Shown: piece after piece, positions 26,805 through 34,983 of the stretch
Numbering within the stretch: position 1 is the stretch's first letter
How the letters are laid out: every line of letters begins with the position of its first letter
IMG/VR virus record: IMGVR_UViG_3300027801_000011
Location: 1 to 64,000 of that record
Source of the DNA: a virus
Reading direction: 5' to 3' (one strand)
Length of the DNA stretch: 64,000 nt
Notes under the pieces: model-generated
Database searches by the model: none
What the model saw: only the letters and a program-made list of their open reading frames with translations
What the model was told of the DNA's origin: nothing
Translations under genes and position numbers: made by a program

Positions 26805-27059
26805 ATGACTATTACTACCCAGGCCGCTAAGGTCGAAGCCGCACTCGTAAATGGTGCATCACTAACCGCTAAACAGATTACATCACGTTATGGTGTTAAG
26901 AACGTCCGTTCGGTAATCAGCAAACTTCGTTCTGAAGGTCTTACGATCTATCTGAATAAGCGTGTGTCCACCTTTGATGGCCTATCGTATATGAAGTACA
27001 TGATTGGTACTCCTACACGAGCAGTAGTTGCAGCCGGTTACAAGGCGCTACGTGCTTAA
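26805..27059 (+). CDS. winged-helix DNA-binding protein
   Basis: LTAKQITSRYGVKNVRSVISKLRSEG HTH pattern. Confidence 0.75.
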   Translation: MTITTQAAKVEAALVNGASLTAKQITSRYGVKNVRSVISKLRSEGLTIYLNKRVSTFDGLSYMKYMIGTPTRAVVAAGYKALRA

Positions 27060-27203
27060 AACGTAATACCTTGTTGACCGATAGACAGGTCATTAATTAG
27101 TGTCTATCGGGTAATGCCGTAATACATTCGGGTCATGCCGTAATACATGCGAGTGGGGTCTATGGTTAACCCCACACTTTATTATTTTAATTGGAGAAGA
27201 CTA

Positions 27204-27422
27204 TTGTCATTGAACACACCGAAAACTTTCGCTATCAAGATAGAAGAAGTTGTTAAAGAAAAAAAGATATCACATATGGATGCTGTCCTGTGGTATTGTG
27301 AGGATCAAGCAATTGAACCAGATTCGGTTAAGAGTTTAATCTCCAAAGCGTTGAAGGAAAAGATCGAAGCTAATGCTAGAGATTTGAATTTCCTTCCCCG
27401 CCAGGCACAATTGCCAATATAG
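27204..27422 (+). CDS. late transcription coactivator (gp33-like)
   Basis: FAIKIEEVVKEKKISHMDAVL...LISKALKEKIEANARDLNFL. Confidence 0.85.
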   Translation: MSLNTPKTFAIKIEEVVKEKKISHMDAVLWYCEDQAIEPDSVKSLISKALKEKIEANARDLNFLPRQAQLPI

Positions 27423-27434
27423 CTAGGAGCTACT

Positions 27435-27644
27435 ATGTTTATTCTACTTGCAATCATTCCACTTATATTTGTAACCGCCAATGATGAGGCGCTAGACAAG
27501 TTCGCAGAAGAACGTGCTTTAGGTGCAGAATGGCACTACGTAGGTAAACAACCAGTAGACCCAGATGCTAAATCTATACCCCTACAAGTAGAGGGTGAAG
27601 AACCTTATATTTTATATAAGTTGAAAATGCCAGATGCAAAATAG
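27435..27644 (+). CDS. hypothetical protein
   Basis: AGGAG SD, hydrophobic N-terminus. Confidence 0.55.
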   Translation: MFILLAIIPLIFVTANDEALDKFAEERALGAEWHYVGKQPVDPDAKSIPLQVEGEEPYILYKLKMPDAK

Positions 27645-27825
27645 TCTATTACAGGCTATTATAGTATTATTACCAACGTACATTGTCGCCTATTTTACAG
27701 ACAAGATGATATACGTTATTCCTATGTTGGCTGCATGTTCGTTTATTGCAGCCAGTTTATCTCCTGCTAGTGTGAGAAGTAGAGTTGAAGAAGATGGCTA
27801 CCGAAAAGACGATGGAACCGATTGA
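27634..27825 (+). CDS. small membrane protein
   Basis: Two hydrophobic segments. Confidence 0.55.
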   Translation: MQNSLLQAIIVLLPTYIVAYFTDKMIYVIPMLAACSFIAASLSPASVRSRVEEDGYRKDDGTD

Positions 27826-28396
27826 CGTTTATTTGATGTATTGTGCATTGAAGGCTCATTTCGGCAAGGGTGATTACGACTACATCACCTATAAAGGTAA
27901 GACAAAGATCAAGAGAGAATCGTTCTATAAACGTAAAGATAGAGGTTTCTTCGCTCGTATATCTAAGAAGTATTCAAATCCACAGGATTACTTTATAGCA
28001 AATTTCATCAAGGACAGAAGTGGCTATGTTGCTAACTTCACTGATGAACATTATCAATCGTGGAAATTAAAGAGACAAGGTTTCTTTGAAGAATTTTTAG
28101 TTGAACTACAACCCCTAATCAATGCCCCACCGTTTGACAATCTTTTTAAAGTTGAGGATGGCACTCATCCTAAGCTCTTGAAAGAATTTCTTGGTGGGCG
28201 TGTGTCTATAGAGACAGTAATTATATTAGATGAACTGGTTGGGTTCAGCGTAGAATGGGATCAAAAACTGAATGAGGATGTTATATGGCCTAACTTAAAA
28301 AAACTTATGAAAGATTACAAAAGGTTCTTGACAATTGATGTCAAGAGGTATAAACTAAAGCTATTGAAGTTGATAGAGGAGTCCAATCATGGATGA
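27812..28396 (+). CDS. helicase loader (gp59-like)
   Basis: YLMYCALKAHF..YDY...FYKRKDRGFF; start may instead be 27794. Confidence 0.88.
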   Translation: MEPIDVYLMYCALKAHFGKGDYDYITYKGKTKIKRESFYKRKDRGFFARISKKYSNPQDYFIANFIKDRSGYVANFTDEHYQSWKLKRQGFFEEFLVELQPLINAPPFDNLFKVEDGTHPKLLKEFLGGRVSIETVIILDELVGFSVEWDQKLNEDVIWPNLKKLMKDYKRFLTIDVKRYKLKLLKLIEESNHG

Positions 28397-28619
28397 AAAA
28401 AATAAGGCCATTTTGGCCAAGACGGTCAGAGTCGAAGGGTTCTTTGAATCCAAGACTGCCGAACTTACAGCTCAAGTTTCGAAACTTGAGGGAGAGTGTG
28501 CTGAGTTGGTAGTTTCCAACAAAGAACTCTCAGAGCGTTGTGCTAAGTTAGCAACACGCCATCCTACGTGGCCGCAAGGTTATAAACCACGTAAGTATGT
28601 GAATAACGGAAGTCGATGA
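28389..28619 (+). CDS. hypothetical coiled-coil protein
   Basis: Preceded by TTGACA-17-TAAACT (28328-28356) and GAGGAG SD. Confidence 0.6.
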   Translation: MDEKNKAILAKTVRVEGFFESKTAELTAQVSKLEGECAELVVSNKELSERCAKLATRHPTWPQGYKPRKYVNNGSR

Positions 28620-30067
28620 CAACTGTTGTTGTAGTCGGTGGTGGTACAGGAGGCGCACTAACGTGTGGCCTCCTTGCTACTAATGGTTATAATGTTATAT
28701 CTGTACGTAGTGTAGATATACCTATAATTGGTGTAGGTGAAAGTTCTACTCCACCACTCGTAGCCGCATTAAATCGTATGGGTATTGCCAAGGAGTTTGT
28801 TGAATCAAATAATTGTTGGCCAAAATACGGTGTTGTCTTTGAAGGTTGGGGTGATACTCCAATGGTTGGTGGATGGCCTGTTAACGGTAGACGTAATGAA
28901 TGTATTACCTACCTAGAGGGTTTAACGAGAGGCGAAGAGATAGGTCGTATCGGTAGTGAAGTCATAGATGGCAAGATGCCGTATATGGAAGAAGCTGATA
29001 GGTTCTATACTACTATAGCATTGCATATAGATTCTACTGATACATCTGAGTTTATATTTGATAAGTTTAAAGATAAGATACAAACTGTTTATGGTAATGT
29101 TGTTGATGTCCAAAAGGGCTCACAGGGTATTGACCATATACTAGTTGATAATACTGGCGCCAATGGCGGTGCCACAGTATTATCTGGAGATTACTTTATT
29201 GATGCCACGGGGTTCAGTAGAGTGTTGATTAAAGAGATGACTGATTCCTTTATCCCGTCAGAGATACCAACGAACTCTGCTGTGTTTGGTGAGATAAAGA
29301 GATTAGATAAGGCGCCAAACGAGGTTTTGTTTGGATGGAATAGTATGATGACTACCGCTAAGACAGCGACTGCTGGGTGGATGTGGAACATACCACTGAG
29401 AGATAGATACGGTTCTGGGTATGTTTATAGTTCTGATTTTCTTACAGAGGAAGAGGCAGAGAAAGAGTTTTATGATTATAGTGGTTGTGAGAAGTTTGGG
29501 CATATGCATTATACGCCTGGATGGATGGCTGACCCAGCAGTAGGTAACTGTTTCGCAGTAGGTATTGCCGCTGGATTTTTAGATGCTTTGGACTCTCCGT
29601 CTATTGGATTGACCGTACTACATATTATGAGTTTCATGAGGAATAAGGAAACGCCCCATAAACACAATAAGTACTGTTCTGGTGCATTTAATGAGTTAGA
29701 AGAATACCTCTTAATGCACTATAAAACCTGTAATAGAACTGAAGCATTTTGGAAGAGCTTCACTCACTTTACAGAAGAGGAAATGAAACTAAGATTTGTG
29801 ATGGCAATAAATTCTAAGGATTGGGATGATAGGTCTGTTAGTGGATTCACTAATAGTGCCACTGCTAGAATTATTACACACAGAATGAAAATCGATGAAG
29901 ACTATGCTAGTATGATATATGAGAATATACCTCAAGCAGAACGAGATCAAGCAAAGATTCAATGGATCATGGCTAGAGATCAATTCGTACCATTTTCATA
30001 CGAACTGTTTACACGGCACGTATTGGAATCAACTAACATCAAAGAAAGAGAAGGACAGTTTAGATGA
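28616..30067 (+). CDS. flavin-dependent (tryptophan) halogenase family protein
   Basis: GGGTGG, IGVGESSTP, K in WPKYGVVF, FIDATGF, WMWNIP (WxWxIP). Confidence 0.85.
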   Translation: MTTVVVVGGGTGGALTCGLLATNGYNVISVRSVDIPIIGVGESSTPPLVAALNRMGIAKEFVESNNCWPKYGVVFEGWGDTPMVGGWPVNGRRNECITYLEGLTRGEEIGRIGSEVIDGKMPYMEEADRFYTTIALHIDSTDTSEFIFDKFKDKIQTVYGNVVDVQKGSQGIDHILVDNTGANGGATVLSGDYFIDATGFSRVLIKEMTDSFIPSEIPTNSAVFGEIKRLDKAPNEVLFGWNSMMTTAKTATAGWMWNIPLRDRYGSGYVYSSDFLTEEEAEKEFYDYSGCEKFGHMHYTPGWMADPAVGNCFAVGIAAGFLDALDSPSIGLTVLHIMSFMRNKETPHKHNKYCSGAFNELEEYLLMHYKTCNRTEAFWKSFTHFTEEEMKLRFVMAINSKDWDDRSVSGFTNSATARIITHRMKIDEDYASMIYENIPQAERDQAKIQWIMARDQFVPFSYELFTRHVLESTNIKEREGQFR

Positions 30068-30738
30068 GTAAAGTAACATATGTCGATCACATGGGATCAG
30101 ACCTATCCGTAGTTAACGCTGCTAGGGTTAGTTTTGCAAAAACGTCAGAGTGGATGTCTATACCAGAAGCAGGCCCAACAGTGGGTCTTTTGACTGAACA
30201 AGATGAGAAGATTATTAATTATCTTGCTAAGCATAATCATTGGAGTCCTTTTGGTCATGCATCTTTACAAATCCATGTCAAGGCCCCAGTGTTTGTTGCC
30301 AGGCAGTTGGTTAAGCACCAAGTTGGATTGGTGTGGAATGAAGTATCTCGTAGGTACGTAGATCATGAAGTAGAATTTCATATGCCCGATGTGTGGCGTG
30401 GTCGTGCTGATGATAAGAAGCAAGGATCGTCTGAAGAAGAGATTGATATCAATCCTAGACATTCTATGGTAGATGATTATGAACAGGTTTGTCAGAAAGC
30501 AAAGTGGACGTATGAACACCTTCTAAGGCAGGGTGTGTGTCCAGAACAAGCTCGTATGGTACTACCACAATCAATGATGACTGAATGGTACTGGAGTGGT
30601 ACACTAATGGCATTTGCCCGTGTATGTAATCTACGATGTAAACCAGATACACAACTTGAGACACAGATGGTAGCAAATCAAATAGATGAGATAGGTAATG
30701 ACCTCTTCTCTTATTCATGGGGAGCTTTGCGTAAGTGA
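30064..30738 (+). CDS. thyX: FAD-dependent thymidylate synthase
   Basis: VNAARVSF, HWSPF, ARQLVKH...NEVSRRY, EQARMVLP. Confidence 0.95.
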   Translation: MSKVTYVDHMGSDLSVVNAARVSFAKTSEWMSIPEAGPTVGLLTEQDEKIINYLAKHNHWSPFGHASLQIHVKAPVFVARQLVKHQVGLVWNEVSRRYVDHEVEFHMPDVWRGRADDKKQGSSEEEIDINPRHSMVDDYEQVCQKAKWTYEHLLRQGVCPEQARMVLPQSMMTEWYWSGTLMAFARVCNLRCKPDTQLETQMVANQIDEIGNDLFSYSWGALRK

Positions 30739-31799
30739 AGGACTTTGTTTACATAAGCAATCACTACCGTAATTGCTGGAAGTCCTATGTTGAGAACATT
30801 GAGAAATGGGATCACTGGGAACCCTTTGATGATGATTTTAAATTTGAATTTGATTTCCTATTAGAGAAAGAAAGCAGGCAACTAAAGAAAGTCAATAGGT
30901 TGCCCAGTTGGTATCTTAATGATGCTCTTGGTTACGGTGATGAATTTCTGTTTAGGACTAGTAACAAGTTCTATGAAGAGGTCGAATACAAGTACACCGA
31001 AAACCTACCAGCCTTTAAAGACATTATGATAGAGCGTGCCACAGAGATGCGTGATATGGGTAAGATCATTGATGTTCTATATTCTGGTGGTATTGACAGT
31101 GTTGCTATACTTCTTGCCCTTTATGAAGTGTGTCCCAAAGATCAGATAAACGTAATAACATCTGGGTGGGATGCGATAAAAGAGTATCCTAAAGCATACA
31201 AAGAAATGATAGCATGGACTAAAACCACCCAGAATACAGGTAACATCTTTGGGGCCGCAGATATACGTAACCATCTATTCACCACGGGTTGTGAGGCAGA
31301 TAGGTTATTTGGTAGTACGGGATACCCTCATAGTAGGAACACCAACAAAGAAAGATACACCCATGAAAATGACTACGATTACCACCACAAGCGCTGGTGG
31401 GAAATAACACAATATACGTTGCTAACACAATCGTTCCGTTTTCTACAGAATATTAAGGAAGACTTTGATATGAATCATTATCAGCCGTTCTTCCTATGTC
31501 CCCAGATACACAAGTTCGCCATCAATCAACACATTGATCGTGAAATAGTTTGGCACACAAATACATGGAGTGGTGATGAATTCCTAAAGTCGAAAATGGC
31601 TATTAGACATTTCATCGCTGGATTTGATCCAGACTATGCATACAGCAAAAGAAAAACTGATATGCCTCTGAGTGTTCAATATGGGATGGGTATGCCATTC
31701 CAAACAATATATAATGTGTGGGCCATAACGTCAGATGGTAAGATTGTCAATCAAGATAATATCATGGATTATATGGATAGGGAGTATCTAACAATATGA
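30735..31799 (+). CDS. adenine-nucleotide alpha-hydrolase (PP-loop) protein, asparagine-synthase-like
   Basis: LYSGGIDS and TGCEADRLFG. Confidence 0.7.
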   Translation: MKDFVYISNHYRNCWKSYVENIEKWDHWEPFDDDFKFEFDFLLEKESRQLKKVNRLPSWYLNDALGYGDEFLFRTSNKFYEEVEYKYTENLPAFKDIMIERATEMRDMGKIIDVLYSGGIDSVAILLALYEVCPKDQINVITSGWDAIKEYPKAYKEMIAWTKTTQNTGNIFGAADIRNHLFTTGCEADRLFGSTGYPHSRNTNKERYTHENDYDYHHKRWWEITQYTLLTQSFRFLQNIKEDFDMNHYQPFFLCPQIHKFAINQHIDREIVWHTNTWSGDEFLKSKMAIRHFIAGFDPDYAYSKRKTDMPLSVQYGMGMPFQTIYNVWAITSDGKIVNQDNIMDYMDREYLTI

Positions 31800-31956
31800 C
31801 AGACTTAGAAAGAATGATTGTACTAGTCGAAGAGATTGGTATGATGAAAAACAGGTATGAAGAAAATGCCGGCATGGGAAACCTCAACACAGCAATATCT
31901 GTGTTAGAGCGCCGTGTTGAAGACTTAAAACTTAGAGTTGAAGCGACAAGGCAATC

Positions 31957-32865
31957 ATGCTAACTAGAGAACGAAACAAAATATTTGAGTTTTCACCTAT
32001 GATCAATTTAGATAATGCACAGAATAAGGCTATTGTTTTTGGTAATGGTGAATCTAGAAAGTGGTGTGAAGGCAACCAGCATAATTGGAAAGATATACCT
32101 ACATGGGGTTGTAATGCTATCTATCGTGACTTCTGGGTAGACAACTTAGTGGCTGTAGACTATGCCATGCAACAGGAAATATACACTTCTGATCTACTAG
32201 AAGAGCAACACGATTCTGATGATGTTGAGCAGGGGTCAATGAAGTTTCACTTTGCTAACTGGAATCCTATTCCTGCTGAGATTGCAGATATGATGTTCAT
32301 GGGACAAGACGTTCCAGAGGAATTTATCCATAGGACTCCTAGAAGTGGCAACCACACAGAGCAGTGTGTAGTGTCTGGTAAGGAACCTAGTAAGATACAG
32401 GAGAGCATCGAATCGATGATCAAGCAGTTCCCCGATCTTGATGAGTTAGACCTAATGCTCAAAATGGGGAAGGATGTGGGTGTTTGGATCACCTATCTAA
32501 GAGACGTTGATTTTGTTAAATCAATAGACTTCCCTGTGGGGTGGTCTGCTGGTAATACAGCCCTACATCTTGCATGTCAAGAAGGGCCAAAAGAAGTATA
32601 CATGTTGGGATTTGACTTGTCATCATATGACGAGCCTCTAAACAACATATATAAGGGGTCAGATAACTATCTGCCCAGTGATGCAAAAGGTTTTAACACA
32701 ATCAATTGGTTTAACCAGATGCAAACAGTGTTCAGCGAGTTTAAGGATATTACCTTTAATTGGGTAGACCCTATTCATCGTGCTGGAGAGATATCTAATG
32801 TTAATAATAATAACATAAGGTACTTGACAAAAGAAGAACTCTGTGGTATATTACATATACGATAA
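31957..32865 (+). CDS. conserved T4-like protein upstream of gp32
   Basis: VFGNGESR, WGCNAIYRD, LVAVD, WSAG, MLGFD. Confidence 0.65.
   Translation: MLTRERNKIFEFSPMINLDNAQNKAIVFGNGESRKWCEGNQHNWKDIPTWGCNAIYRDFWVDNLVAVDYAMQQEIYTSDLLEEQHDSDDVEQGSMKFHFANWNPIPAEIADMMFMGQDVPEEFIHRTPRSGNHTEQCVVSGKEPSKIQESIESMIKQFPDLDELDLMLKMGKDVGVWITYLRDVDFVKSIDFPVGWSAGNTALHLACQEGPKEVYMLGFDLSSYDEPLNNIYKGSDNYLPSDAKGFNTINWFNQMQTVFSEFKDITFNWVDPIHRAGEISNVNNNNIRYLTKEELCGILHIR
32824..32852 (+). promoter_or_regulatory. sigma70-type promoter for gp32
   Basis: TTGACA-17-TATATT. Confidence 0.75.
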
Positions 32866-32898
32866 CAAAAAAGCATATATTTACATAAGGAGATACAT

Positions 32899-33789
32899 AT
32901 GTCGTTAAGTACACTAAAGAAGTCCAATTCTTTGGACAAACTGCTCGGTGCAGTCCAAGCAGAGAACGCCCCCCAAGAGAAGAAATCCTACGTGGATGAT
33001 CGTATCTGGAAGCCAGTAATGGATAAGACAGGTAACGGTTATGCCGTAATTCGTTTTCTACCAGCAGTCGATGGTGAAGATATGCCATGGGCAAAGGTTT
33101 GGAACCATGCGTTTCAAGGCCCTACTGGTCAGTGGTATATTGAGAACTCTCTCACTACCATCAATCAGAACGATCCAGTATCAGAATTGAATTCTAATTT
33201 CTGGAACTCTGGAGTAGAATCTGATAAGGAAATCGCTCGTAAGCAGAAGCGTAAGTTGCAATACTTCGCTAATATCTTGGTAGTTCAAGATAAGGCTAAT
33301 CCTGCCAATGAAGGTAAAGTTATGCTTTATCGTTTTGGTAAGAAAATCTTTGATAAGTGCATGGAAGCAATGCAACCAGCATTTGAAGATGAGACTCCTA
33401 TGAATCCTTTTGATTTCTGGGAAGGTGCAGACTTCAAGTTGAAGTTACGTAAGGTTGAAGGTTATTGGAACTATGATAAGTCAGAGTTCGCTGATCCATC
33501 ACCTGTCTTTGATAATGATGAAGAGATTGAAGCACTGTGGAAGAAGCAGTATCCGCTTTCGGAGTTTACTTCTGCTTCCAACTTCAAGTCTTATGATGAG
33601 TTGAAGACTCGTATGGAGACAGTCTTGTCTGGAACTACTAGTGTTAGTAAGGCTGCTGAGATGATGGTTGCAGAACCATCTACTACAGTTACAGTTGATA
33701 CTGTTGCTGTTCCTGCTCCGTCTGTGTCTGCTTCATCTGATGATGAGGACACTATGTCCTACTTTGAAAAACTTGCAGATAAGGGGTAA
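32899..33789 (+). CDS. single-stranded DNA-binding protein (gp32)
   Basis: DDRIWKP..DKTGNGYAVIRFLP, WYIENSLTT, NYDKSEF, acidic tail. Confidence 0.96.
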   Translation: MSLSTLKKSNSLDKLLGAVQAENAPQEKKSYVDDRIWKPVMDKTGNGYAVIRFLPAVDGEDMPWAKVWNHAFQGPTGQWYIENSLTTINQNDPVSELNSNFWNSGVESDKEIARKQKRKLQYFANILVVQDKANPANEGKVMLYRFGKKIFDKCMEAMQPAFEDETPMNPFDFWEGADFKLKLRKVEGYWNYDKSEFADPSPVFDNDEEIEALWKKQYPLSEFTSASNFKSYDELKTRMETVLSGTTSVSKAAEMMVAEPSTTVTVDTVAVPAPSVSASSDDEDTMSYFEKLADKG

Positions 33790-33796
33790 TCTGATA

Positions 33797-34294
33797 ATGC
33801 AAAACTATTTAGCATCGGCAATTGTCGTAGTTACTTTAGTGTCTCCAGCCATAAGTCTGGCTGGAGATAAAACTCTAACTGTTCCTGTGCCCAAGACCAT
33901 CACACTAGTTTGTTCTGATGATGTTGAGCAGGGGTCAGTTGTACTTACCAATCCACCTAAGTTTAGTTGTAAAGATTATGAAACTATTCAAGGAGTTGTT
34001 GGTTTGGGTATTACTATTGGGCCTGATTCTAAGGCGTTGGAAATCTCTCAAGCAATTAAAGATGCTAAGAAAGAACCAACCTTCGTAGCCAAACGTAATG
34101 TAATGCCTCCACTAACTGCTACTAAGGAGTTTGATATTGATCGTAGGGAGAGTAATCCTATTGTTCAACAGAAACGGTTGGAATTGGTTAGAGCTAACCG
34201 CCTAGAGTATTGGCGTGCTTGGGATCAGAACAACGGTACTTATACAGATAAGTTCGCTGGTATCAAGAGGAATCGGTCATTTTTCAATGACTGA
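33797..34294 (+). CDS. exported hypothetical protein
   Basis: Signal peptide. Confidence 0.55.
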   Translation: MQNYLASAIVVVTLVSPAISLAGDKTLTVPVPKTITLVCSDDVEQGSVVLTNPPKFSCKDYETIQGVVGLGITIGPDSKALEISQAIKDAKKEPTFVAKRNVMPPLTATKEFDIDRRESNPIVQQKRLELVRANRLEYWRAWDQNNGTYTDKFAGIKRNRSFFND

Positions 34295-34360
34295 TGGTAA
34301 GGCGAAACGTCTCCCTGTCGCTGAATAGGATTCGGGCTAAAAAGATCGCTGTAAAGAAGA

Positions 34361-34387
34361 GCCCCTCATGGAAACATGGGGGGTTTT
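34361..34387. terminator. hairpin terminator between convergent units
   Basis: GCCCCTCATG-GAAA-CATGGGGGGT followed by TTT. Confidence 0.7.
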
Positions 34388-34940
34388 ACTTAGCTACGTA
34401 CCACAAGTAACCCCAAATTAGGGCAACAACACCTATAACTATAATAGTACCACCAATGTTGTTTATCAGTTTAAGTAACTTCTGACGCTTCTTCTCTCGT
34501 TCCTCTTCGAATTTGAGTTTAGCAATCTTACGTCTCTCTTTATTCTCTTCTAATCTTTCATCTCTAAGGTCTAGTATCTCATTCCATGTATTGAAACCAA
34601 AGCGCTTGTTTATCATACGTGCCATCTGTGCTATAGATTCTTCTATCTGCTTCTTCTGAATAACTTCGGCAGTAATATCTGACATGGATTCTCCAGGCGT
34701 TTGACCATCATCTTTCCATTTTTTAGATAGGAAAGACTTCCACTGAGGATCGCCTTTATGGAGTTTATGTTCATTCTCTATATTGTATTGTGCTTGAAAT
34801 ACTTGATCTACATAACCAGCGACTTCTGAGGGGTCTTTACAATTAGAGATCATCCCCTTCACACCGGCGACTGCTGCTTTAGATAACGCAAGTGCGTCCA
34901 CACACATCTTTAGACCTAGAGCTACTTCTACTATGGCCAT
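34386..34940 (-). CDS. hypothetical protein with C-terminal TM
   Basis: 184-aa ORF. Confidence 0.6.
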   Translation of the reverse strand: MAIVEVALGLKMCVDALALSKAAVAGVKGMISNCKDPSEVAGYVDQVFQAQYNIENEHKLHKGDPQWKSFLSKKWKDDGQTPGESMSDITAEVIQKKQIEESIAQMARMINKRFGFNTWNEILDLRDERLEENKERRKIAKLKFEEEREKKRQKLLKLINNIGGTIIVIGVVALIWGYLWYVAK

Positions 34941-34983
34941 ATGGGATTTCCTTTTCCTCTATGTCTATAGCAACCCCAATTTA

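Noticed and set aside
27108-27150. Possible CRISPR or guide-RNA array
   Set aside because: Only two units, no unique spacers, no effector gene; the nearby PD-(D/E)XK exonuclease is a common T4-like gene
34291-34330. Hammerhead-like string CTGATGG...CGAAAC...GTC
   Set aside because: Core is CUGAUGG rather than CUGANGA and stems II/III do not pair
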